A stretch of DNA of 64,000 nt. Source: Catajapyx aquilonaris (lineage: Eukaryota). How positions within the stretch are numbered: position 1 is the first letter of the stretch; each line of letters opens with the position of its first letter. Both the position numbers and the translations under genes were made by a program. The stretch spans positions 1 to 64,000 of the forward strand of contig JYFJ02001210.1 in NCBI GenBank assembly GCA_000934665.2, in the 5' to 3' direction. Below are positions 1-10,900 of the stretch, one piece after another. The notes beneath the pieces are model-generated. The model worked only from the letters and a program-made list of their open reading frames with translations, made no database searches and had not been told where the DNA came from.

Positions 1-944
1 CTAGATAAACAATACTATCACATTTTAATTTATTAATAAATAACACCGTTAAATGTGGTACAGCCAAGTGTATCAATTTCTGAAAAAATCCACTTGCGGT
101 AAATATTTTTTAATTTTGTGCTAGAATTTTTGTAATTAATGTCATAACTGTTTTTGGGTTTGTGCGGCCCCTCAGGTTCATTATCAACATTTACATCCCG
201 CTAAGTAAGAAATAAACAGAGTGGCAGCAATTTTTACCAGACCCCACAGAAATTCACTGTCCAAGGTATAATCGTATTTATTTCAGTTGTTAACTGTCAA
301 ATTAACTTCAAATTTGGTATCCTCCTAGCTCAATTGTTACTATTCATAATTATCCATTCTAAAGTCCAGATAATCTTAATGGAAACTTTTTATCACATCC
401 TGTGTATAACCCCACCACTCCATTTTTTGGGGGTGTCCCAATATTTTCAGATCAGGGCAAGTACATACAGGATGACCCTATGCACATTAAAAACCTGCAA
501 CAATGGATGAAGTAAATTATAATGGATTACTCAGTGTTACATTGTAGTTCAGTAAGTTGGCTAGTTTGTTATGTTTTAAAACCTCGGAAATAATTTCAAT
601 AATATTTTTCATTCAGTTGTAAGAAATATTCAGATGGCATCATGAGTAAAGATTTGAGCATAAGGGACGTGGCTAACAATAAGTGTTGCTTTTGACAGAA
701 TGACTTGACCAGTTGTAAAATTTAATTGCCACAAGTGAGGAAGATAGCAAGTGGCATGACTATGAAAATTCAGTCACCTCAGTGAATGGCAAGCATTTCA
801 TGCAGCATATGGAGCATATTATAGCTTGGTGTGAATCATGAGTGATTGCAAAGAAATAACTGAAACGTTTGATAGAAATTCAAAGCTTATTGCATTTGGC
901 CTGGGATTATGAGTGTTTCAAGCTTGGTTTTTTTTAAATTGCAG

Positions 945-1115
945 GAGTGTGACATGCACTATGAATACTGTGTTGGTGGTGAATCGGATACAGGACTCAG
1001 TGGGCAGTGGACAGAAAGCGACACGGAAATGACACCCTACAGGAGAGTTATGATCTTCTCGGCAGAAAAAATTGATGATATTGTGTCAAAGCTCCAGTTA
1101 TTGCAGCATGAATAA
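945..1115 (+). CDS. BCCIP: BCCIP/Bcp1 homologue (BRCA2- and CDKN1A-interacting protein), terminal coding exon; 5' exons not found in the window
   Basis: Acceptor tttttttaaattgcag|GAG at 944/945 (phase 0). Peptide ECDMHYEYCVGGESDTGLSGQWTESDTEMTPYRRVMIFSAEKIDDIVSKLQLLQHE* resembles the BCCIP C-terminus as I recall it (ESDTxLxGxW...MTPxRxVMxxxxxKxxxIxxKL). AATAAA at 1111-1116 overlaps the stop. Confidence 0.85.
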   Translation, partial: ECDMHYEYCVGGESDTGLSGQWTESDTEMTPYRRVMIFSAEKIDDIVSKLQLLQHE

Positions 1116-1166
1116 AAAAGAAGCTGTGTACAGAACCTTTTTCTTTATGGAGCATAATAATGTGTG

Positions 1167-3669
1167 TTACACAGGTGTGGCGTGAGTAACTTTTCGGAGA
1201 TTGTTGAGAATCTTCCTCATTTCAGACACTGCATCAGGTGTTTCAGAGCTCACCTTTTGTGGCTCTTTACAGCTCTGAAATTCAGAGTTTAATCATTACT
1301 TTAGTTCACAACTTATTTTTAAAGAAATTCACTGACAAAATTTTTAAAAAATCAATGTTTCTGAAATGACTTGCGTGAACTCGGATGATTTCTCATAAGA
1401 ATTAGAATCAGGTGTGGGAATTTACATGAAACATTGTTACACTTTGCGAATCAGTATTGAAATGATGTGGGTGACATTTGGAAAATTTGTATCGCCTCCA
1501 AAGAAAGCAGCACAAAAATAAAGCCACATTTTTTGAATGACCTGGTTGTAATCTCATTGACATTTCAAAAACTGAATATTACTAGAAATTACTGCCTTCT
1601 GCTCATTTTGTCCAAGGATAAACAGATGTAATAGAGGAAGATAGCTTGCTACATACCTGACCTGTTGACCTCAGGCGCACACTCCCTGTTTTAATCTCCT
1701 TGATCATATTGTCCATCAATTGATTCTTGTCATTAACACGTGCACGTACATCTCTGGAATGGAGCTGATCCTTTTTGCGTATGCCGAGAAGGCAAACTAG
1801 GTCAAAGACTGGGTTTGAAGGTGGAGGTGGGGGTGGGGGTGGAGGCATGGCTGGTGGAGGAGGAGGGGATGTATTGGCACGTTTTGTCAGTTCTTCCACT
1901 TTCGATTCGAGCATTATGACTGTAATGACAGGGTGGAATTTTTAATATATTGCAGATCTTTCATGATATGATACACTTGAATTTGACATGGAATAAGGAA
2001 ACAATATATTTACCTGTCTGCTCCAGGCCAATCACTCTTTTCTCAGCTTTCATGTATCTCTGAGTGGCAGAACCCAACTCTAATGTGACCAGTTCTAATT
2101 TCTCCTTCATCGTAGCTGCCTCTTTGGTGCTTTCCAGCTCATTAATTTTAGCTTGAAGTTCATCTACTGTCTTGCAGTGCCTGAGTTTCTCCTCCTCCAG
2201 ATGCCTTTTCAGCACTTCCACCTCTTCCAGAACCTTATTGAATCTGCTGTCAAGTGACACTTCAGAAAGGAGCAATGCACTCTGATGTGCCAACACATTC
2301 CTTTCTCTCCTCAGCTATAAAAATAGCATACAGATTTAATTTGAGCACAATGGTGTTAAAAGACAATGTTCTAACCTTGTCAGCTTCAGTCCTGAGGTGG
2401 TCTGCTTTCCCTTTTTCCTGCTGACACTGGCTCTGAAGGGACACAACTTCTTCCACAACCAGCCTGGACACTTCAGTGAACTTGACTTTGAGATTCTCCA
2501 GATCCTGGAGCGACTTCTCCGCTGCCTCCCTGCCCTTCCGCTCCTTCTCCAACTCCGCAGAGAGTTGCAGCATCTGCTCCTGAGCCTCAAACTCCTCCAG
2601 TTTTGCTTGGTTCAGTGTTGTCTGAAGCCCTACCACCACCTCTTGCAATTCTGCATAATACCAGTCAGGGTATCACACCTCAGACTTCGACACTATGCTG
2701 TGACATGTCCTACCTTTAACTTGAGTGTTCAGGACCTGAACCTCATCAGACTCTGAATCTTCATCGGATCCATTTTCCTCCTCTCTAAATTCCACCACAC
2801 TGATCCCGCTGGCAATTTCCTTGAATTTCTGCTCCATGGCTACGCTTTTCCTCTTGAGGGCTCGGTTTTGCTTGTACCACTGCAATGGACGCGTATTAAA
2901 TTAATCCTATACAGGGTGGTGCACTGCGGAGGTCCCCGGTTCAAGGAAACAAGTTGCGGATTGTTCGCTCCAGCAACCACTTTTAAGAGAAGCGACATTG
3001 GATGCAAATACTTGTGATATCCGTTTCTCTTTGATCTGGTTGCTGCAGTAATCGACCCGCATCATATATCCGTCGACTTGGGGACCTGTGTAGTGAACCA
3101 CCCGGTATTGTATATATGTCTGAGAAGATTTCACACGCCAGTCCTTCATTCGACCGCACTGTTGTCACGCAGTGCACGGCCATCATCCTCCTCCTCACCT
3201 TGGATGCCGTTTCCATGACGTCCTGCATGGCCCCAGTCTCCACCTTGTATCTGGTCCGAAGAGACTCATACTCCTTGTACACTGCTTCGGACACTGTCCT
3301 GAGTCGCTTCAGCTGGTCCTCCGTGTCCTGCTGCCTCTCGTACAACACGCTGTAATCTTGACGAAGCTCGGCGTAACGGGCTCGCAGCTCTTCATAGTCA
3401 CTTGTTGCTGGAAGTGTCAGATCATCATTATTTTTTACCATCAAACTTTTTATATATAAACCGAAATTTCAGCCATTACCTTTTTGCGCTAATCGGATGA
3501 GAGCCTGCCTCTTTCCTTCCGACTCTTGGTACAGAGCTTTCCAGTCTTCTTGTCGCACTGGATCGTCCCCCATGTTCCTGTTGCTGTTGTTAACTTTCCT
3601 CCTGTGCAACACTTTGGTGTCAGCAGCAGACAGTCTGCTCTGCCCAACTTGTCGATTCCAATCGGACAT
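1167..3669 (-). CDS. SHTN1: Shootin-1-like protein (~503 aa): long coiled coil, polyproline tract, WH2-like actin-binding motif. Exons 3669-3480, 3407-3199, 2879-2714, 2650-2376, 2314-2014, 1919-1657, 1274-1167
   Basis: All six introns are GT-AG with matching phases (1,0,1,0,1,0), giving one 1512-nt ORF ending TAA at 1169-1167. Motifs: ASKWYKQNRALKRKS, heptad-rich coiled coil, PPPPPAMPPPPPPPPPSNP, WH2-like LMDNMIKEIKTGSVRLRST, and C-terminal DAVSEMRKILNNLRKV, in the order I recall for shootin-1. The start could be ATG 3669, ATG 3573 or further upstream. Confidence 0.8.
2912..3105. mobile_element. Non-autonomous Tc1/mariner-type MITE (~194 bp) in intron 2 of the shootin-like gene
   Basis: TA at 2910-2911 and 3106-3107. 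Left end CAGGGTGGTGCACTGCGGAGGTCCC vs reverse complement of right end CCGGGTGGTTCACTACACAGGTCCC (20/25 identical). No transposase. Confidence 0.7.
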
Positions 3670-4557
3670 GCCCCCCCACTATAGCCAGACTCGGGAACTT
3701 TTTACTAGTGAACTATATATTCCTACCCTCGACCGACCAACCCCAGCAGACCGCGATTAAGGGGTTTTTATTACTGGCTATCAGCTGACTGGTACAGCAA
3801 AGAGCAAAATTCTCGGAAAACTCTTTGCATCACTCGAATGGCTCGGTCAGATTGTATTATCCAATATTGCACTGATTTCTCAGGAATGTAGGCGCTATCA
3901 AGCGATTTTTGGGGGGCGCTTTTATTAAACGGAGCTAAGGCTTGTTGACACGGACTCTATCACTGTTTTTCCGGATGTGACTAACCTGTTTATCAGGCTA
4001 GGATATGACTCGCTCGTGTTTTGCTACAAAACTCCAGGCCGAAATAAGTGGAAAATTTTTGTTATTGGAAGCACCCTTTGTGTATTGAGAATTTAACATT
4101 TCATTCCTTCCAATCCTGATAGCTGCTCGCTGCGACAACTTCATATGACAATCGAGACAAGGAACAATGAATTGAATAACACGTACGCTATAAAAACAAC
4201 ATTACTCATAATATGCCACTGACAAGTGAGTGTTCCTTCTGTTGTCGTATAGAAGGTGTCTGATCTGTTTTGAACATGATGGTACCAGTTGCATTATGGA
4301 TAGGTGCGTGCCGCGAAATTGGCGACGGGTCAATTGCATACACGTCATTACATCGGCGTCGTGATTCCGCGATCTGAACAGGGGGAAGGGTTCCCTGTAT
4401 ATGAGTACACCCATCCGTGACTAATCTGGACTGCTTGGGAAGCAAAGGTGCTCAAAGTCCCAGTCGAGATTGGACATCACCGCCGATTAAAGATAGTTTC
4501 CACCTATAGTTTTACGGCCTGTTTGCGTCAATACATGTCAAGCGGAGACAAGGACGG

Positions 4558-4965
4558 GTGACGTCACGCTGCTTTTGTCAGCGGAACAATATCGTGACGT
4601 CACCACGTGTCTAACCCAGTTAGAAAAATCGTTAATAATATTCGTTGTCTGCCTGGCGATCCGGCCTCTAGATGTCGGAGCGCTGCAGTTGGGACCCGAG
4701 TTGAAATGCTGGGCCGATAGGTGGATTATTATTGCTAGACTCTGGGGAGTCTATCGACTGCTAGTTCAGGGGGTGTGCAGGGGGCAGAGTCGGCGATTTT
4801 CAAACAGTATCCGAAATGGTAATATGCGTCGTGAATTGTGGTCCTGTAGTATATACCAACAGATTCGCATCATCAAAGCGCCTCGTTTTTCAACGAAGGA
4901 GCGACACTTATTACACCCGAACTTGTAACTTACGGAGGATATTGCTTATCTGTATGACGTCATAC
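4558..4965. promoter_or_regulatory. Cluster of three perfect CRE palindromes (TGACGTCA) plus an E-box, upstream of the shootin-like gene
   Basis: TGACGTCA at 4559-4566, 4595-4602 and 4955-4962; CACGTG at 4604-4609; CpG-rich region 0.9-1.3 kb upstream of the shootin ATG. Confidence 0.45.
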
Positions 4966-7900
4966 CAGCGGTCACAACTTAACTTTAACATTTAAACTAT
5001 CATTCCGGGTATATGCACAAATCCGCCTGGACATCTCATGCACAGTAATCTCATCCTCGCTACTCATCAGATAATTCAATCAAAGAATTCCTTTCACCAT
5101 CAATGTCGTGCATACACTTAGGAAACTGCCTGACAACTGATCATATCATAATTCAAATTAATTATATGGTAACACCAGTATTTTAAATGAAAAAGGCAGG
5201 GTCGCTTGGAGAGACGCATAGCTGCCAGGATATGTTATATCTTGCTTTTGAACACTTTCTGAAAAACGTTGTACACACAAATTAACATCTCTATGTAAAG
5301 TGGCCTTCTAGTTAATATGAATGTCTTACTAAACACCTTTTTGCACGAGTAACATACCGCTATTTATCTGAGTGGCAATGTTTATTACATCCGTTATAAC
5401 TTAGCATCTCCAATCACAGCGGCATATGCAGCACAAAAAGGCGAGTAAAACTAGTAACTGCGCTCTAATAGTTCCTTCGGGTCTGATGTAATATGGCCAA
5501 GGACAAAACTATTGATTCCCAGGTGTGCTTTGTTTGAAGTAGAGATCTCCTGTCTTTTCTCCCGGGCGGGCTTCTCCCGGAAATGATGCTGCGATCGAGG
5601 AGAGCCATCCAAGGAAACACTCCCAGGAACAAGACACTGTTGCTCAGAGACAGGACCTGGAATATGCACCTCGCATCAGTCGCGCTCCAAGAATTTTGCA
5701 ATAACTTGCAAAATATTTCCTGCGCAATATTACTCGACTCATAAAAACTTGCATGCTCCACTCTACAGGGTGCTTCACAGCTCAACAGGTACATGCATCT
5801 CAAGAGGAAAAAGATGAATAGATTGTTCACTCCAGAAGCCAACAATACTGACAGGTGTTCGTGATTGTTGTTTCCAACGGACAAGTCGCGTCAACCTGAA
5901 TTTCACATGTTGTTAGTTGTTATAAATCTGAATGGTTCAATAATTTTTCAGTCACGGGTGAACATCATTGCCGGTCGGGTGCGACACAAAGTTTGTAAGT
6001 TATTGCCCGGGTATCTTTGACAATCAGCAATCAATAGCATATAAACGTCATGCAGGGCCGGCTCTATGTATTTCAGATAAAAACTTTTCGGGGTGATACC
6101 ATCACAACCATAGTTGGGGGAGGGGAGAGGGGGGTGAATATAGCAGGGGCTATGATTTTGTGGCTATCAAGGGTTGGCCCGTGCGGGCATCGCGGTAATT
6201 ATGAGTGAGAACAAGGGAGCTAATTAGGTTGATGCCTCCATCTCTGGCGAAGCAAGCGCGCTCTGCAAATTAACGTCAACTGAGACATCTATTCCCGGTC
6301 TAATTGGGTACCAGATTCCATTCTACTAAATGCACTCACAAACCACGCAGGAGATATTTTAGAAAGAAAAATTGAAAATTATCATTATGCGCGCATTGAT
6401 TCATGCATCCTATATTGAGTAATTAACAGTCTCGTTTAAAATTCAAATGTGGATTATGTCTGAAATATTAAAACAGTTACACTGAATTCAATGCATTGTA
6501 TTCAGTACGTAATGGTTTGTGTCAGTAATTTTTGACTATACTACCTATTTTTTAGCGAATACTTTCCAAAACTTTAGGAGCTTCAACTGAATGTACGGTA
6601 TTAGTTGCTAATAATTGGGTGCCAGCATTCATTCAAACCCCTGTACCGAATTTTTGAACTTAATAAAATATAGGGACTTGGACCTATTTTGATCCTTTGG
6701 CATCTAAGGTATAGGTAATTGAAACCTTTTATTTATGCATGAATGACCCTCCCACGGTGCTATAAAACATGTATCAATTCTTCCTAAGAGTATCAGCTAA
6801 CATTTCAGTTTCTCTCAGACACGTAACTACTTACACATAAATAGTTTATTGCAAAAAATTAGCAATTTAAACGGAATCCTTCGGTACAACAGTGCAATTT
6901 GCTATGAATAACTTTTTGACTGACGAGTACCGTATAACTTCAAGAAAGATATCGGTTTTTTTCCATCACTTAGTAAATTACAGTAACTAACTAACAAGTA
7001 CAGACCATTAAAATTCACTGCTGTTCCCTCATTGTAGTACGACAACCTCTAACTTTAGACAAAAGATATCAAATGCCCACTCTTTGTTTCTTTCCTATTC
7101 CTACTATAGAATCAATGTTGAAACCACAAATACGTTTTGCATTGGCTATACGGGAATCAATGATACTGCCCTAAAATGGGATGGCTTACCTCGCTTGGGG
7201 CGTAAAAGGTCAGTTACAACTTCATTGGTGGGTTACACAGCAGCTCATATTCCAGAGTCTGACAACATGTCTAAAACTCTCCAGAGCGCTAACTTGACAG
7301 GACTGCCAAAACTACCCCCTCCACCCCCTCTAAATCAGAGTTGCTGGGGGGGACGAACTATTGAACTCTTCGCATCAGCAAACTAAAGCGAAAAATATTA
7401 AGCGGATATCGTCGATGTCTATTATTCCCCCTTTTATTATTTCATTTTTGTCGATTAAGAGCGCTGGCTCCATCCATCCAGCAGCATCCTATGGGGGGAG
7501 GGTTATATATAGGGACAAAATGAACTGCAAATGGTATATCCCCCCTTCTTCCTTCCCGGCTCTTCCCAATCATAAGGCTTCCCCAGGGAACCGCACCGAG
7601 TTGAATGTAATCAAGATTGATGCAGGCTAATTATCGCTCCCCCGTATCCTCGCTTCATCGGCCTCCAAAATGCTCAGACCTTAACCACTATACTTCCCAG
7701 ACCAGACTTTTTTTCACAACCAGCCCTCTCTCTTCCCAGCAGCATCATGCTCTACAACTTTTTCGGTGAGTGGTAGTTTCGCACTACCCTGTCAATACAG
7801 GGGGCGGCAGAACTGTATCCCAGATATCACGGTCTAGTTGACCACGACAACTCAATTAGGGGCATCCAAAGTCGGCATGGAAACCGATATGTGCTTATTA

Positions 7901-10900
7901 TTCTGCGGGAGGACCGTCCGTCATCGATTGCCAATTTACTATCCCGCCTACATGACCCCAATTCCATATATTGGTTCTCCGATAATGCCATATACACTGT
8001 AGACAACTCGGCAATGATCAGGAGGGATACACCCAGCCACCTACACAACAATATGAACCCGGGCCCATCTCGACGGAGGCCGAAATCTGGACTCATTTAT
8101 TGAGCGCTGCTTCGATTTCTCGCGGCGGGCAGGAACATTTGTCTGGAAATAAGCAGCCAGAGGCGGAAACGGCGCCAAAATATACCCGAGAGCTCGATAG
8201 ACTATATATTGGCCAAAAAGGACCTGCTCTTTCCCCGTGGCCTTTTTCCGACCCTGCCTCCCTTCCCCAGTGAGTCATCACCTTGACATCGACCTTGCAG
8301 CTTCACCTTGGGACCTTGCCACCAATACCACGTCGCTGCCGGGAGCAGATAACAATGGAGCTCTTTTCAGGGTGTTGACAACCATGCTGCATGTCACACT
8401 CTTGTTGTACGTGTTAAGCCACTGCCGCGGTTCAAATAAAGGCCGGAATTATGCATAGGTCATATCTGCCTTTTTGTGGGGTTAAAAATAACGGACTGAA
8501 AGAATTATTTAGAATGTTGTAAATCTATCCCGTAGTTATCAGACACTTTGAATAAATTGGCCAGCTCGGTATTTCCTGCAAAAAGTCACTAAATAATAGG
8601 CTTTAGAAGGTTAGATGAAACACTTGGTGTTGCCAGAATTTCTTTGCTCGAGTAGAGCAGGCATCTACAGAAAGTATTGATGCTGCAACGTTAATAAATA
8701 GACAAATTGACTTATATTTTTGAGTCCAGTACAAAATGCCATAAATGTGATGATTTACTAGTTCAATATTTCTGATATTTGGATCTCCTGTAATTTTTAT
8801 TATTATTTGTGACATACAATGTTCCTCGTATACACCATCAGGTCAAGAAGAATCTCAGGTAAAAGTAAGGATCATAAGTCCTAATGCAGTACAAGTACAA
8901 AGTAAAGAAATTAACAAAGAAAGGGATATGAAACGAATTTTGAGTGCAACAGAATCGATTACTGTAATAACGTTTGGAAAGAATCCCCAGACCTGACCGC
9001 CCTGCCACCTGCACCATTCTTCGGTTCAAAGTGCTGGACGAAGAGGAAAATCCAAGCAGAAACTTCCATGCATGTCGTGTTACGATGTCTCCTGGCCAAA
9101 AACTATGTAGCCTGTGAACATAAGAATATGCCCAGAATATGTTCTACGTTTCTCACCATAATGCCACGGGGTGTATAGCAAGAATGGAGTGACTGACTTG
9201 TGAGTACTACCAAAAATAATTAATAGCCTATTATTCTCTAATCGCTCTCCCACTTATCCCGCTTCTCTCCAAACGATGATGCTTCAAAGTAAGGTCGACC
9301 TTGACCTGCGGTGTCTCTCCTATTCACCTGTATCATACAGTACAGTACCCCGTGGCACAGCAAACTGCATGAAGTTGTTTGGATCCCTGGAGTCGGGCAG
9401 CGTGCCATGATCAGCATCATGAGTGGCGCGCGTCATGCTCAATTTCCCTGGGCCACAATCACGTGAGAGATCCGGGCGGAAACGGCCATAAACTCCAGAT
9501 TCACTCAGGCCTGCTTGTCGGATCACACCCCCCTCCGTAATTGGGTGAGAGGGAAAGAGAGAGAGACGTACCCCTTCCCCCTCCCTTTCTCCCCCCAAGT
9601 ATAGTACAACCGGGTGGTGAATGCCAGGAGCACACTAGGTGAAGTTAACTGAAAGAAATGGAGGGTGAAGAAGCTTCTGGTGGGATGAGGTCGGATTGGC
9701 TCCCATTTGCCCACAAGCTCTGGGACTCGAGAGGGAACGTGCCTCGAATGCGAGTTGCCCCCAAAAACCCCTTCCCCTCCTCTCTCTCTCTCCGACCCCA
9801 TCCATTCTTACCTACCTACCTTATATAGACCCCCTATAGACCTCCCCCCCCCCCTTTCCTCCTAACCTTCTTCCTCCTCCGAAACCATCATCCCCATGCA
9901 GTCTAGCGTGCGCCAATAGGATCGATTTCTGTCTGCTAGGAAGGTATAGATGGTGGTGGGTACGGCGGTGGGAAGGAGCCTTCCTCCACCCCCTCCCCTC
10001 CGGCTTTTTTTTCGGTTCTTCCAAAGCTTTTAGAGGGTGTGAAACTGCCTGTTAGAGCACACCGCCAGAGGGGAGCTGCCACTACCTTTTCTTTAAGGTT
10101 ACGACGTTGAGGTTGCGTGCAATAATGAGCAGCAGTCCGGACTAGAGCCATTTAGTTTGGTGGCACATGTGGCATGTGAAGGGCCAATCTAATGAAATTG
10201 TTGCCAACACGTTCTTCACAAATTGCGAGTACAGGATGGTCGAAAAGGTGCGCAAGATTCGTACCAAATTGTTAAGGTTAATAAATTGTTATAGTCTCAT
10301 TGTTTTTGGCAATTTCGGTTCCTTACTTTGTTCCTGTTTCCCCTCCCCCATGTATGTATGATGTCAGAATAATGTACCGTATATATACTTATATCCTATA
10401 TAGGACTATATTGGAAATAAAATTCGAGGGTACACAGTTACAGTAGTTATGTGCGTTTCTTCATTTCAAATCACGAAGATTGGTAGGTTCACTCTCTAAC
10501 CAGACAAACCAGACCTGATTGCAATTATTTCCTTTCAGGCGGGGGGCATGTTACTTCTCCCGACTGCAAAATACATCGAAAGTGACATTTTGTGGGATTA
10601 TCATAAGACGCACCTGTTGGAATCATTTGGGATGAACCACCGCAGGACTAGCTTGCTCTCGCTTGTTATTCCCGTAGTTTAATTCTGCACGCAGCTTCGG
10701 ATGTTTCCACTCGAGTACAGCATGAGCATACGTTCATTACACACGCTTCCTGAAGCATTGCAAGCAGTGTGGCGTAATGCTGGTTGCGATGACCCCAGGA
10801 TATCAAAACTGAGGCGGTAGCGCGCATTGGTTTTCCAGTCGCTCTGAAGGTCTCATAAACTGCTGTGATTTTAGTTTTTAACGTAAATTTTACATACATT

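Noticed and set aside
734..841. Short open frame (SEEDSKWHDYENS...) as a possible upstream BCCIP exon
   Set aside because: It ends in a stop, lacks a suitable donor, and does not resemble the expected N-x-EEE-x-F segment.
5451..5884. ORFs on both strands upstream of shootin
   Set aside because: No homology recognised and no consistent splice structure.
6053..6184. Possible hAT-like MITE beginning CAGGGCCGGCTCTA
   Set aside because: The right-hand TIR is too degenerate and no 8-bp target-site duplication is identifiable.
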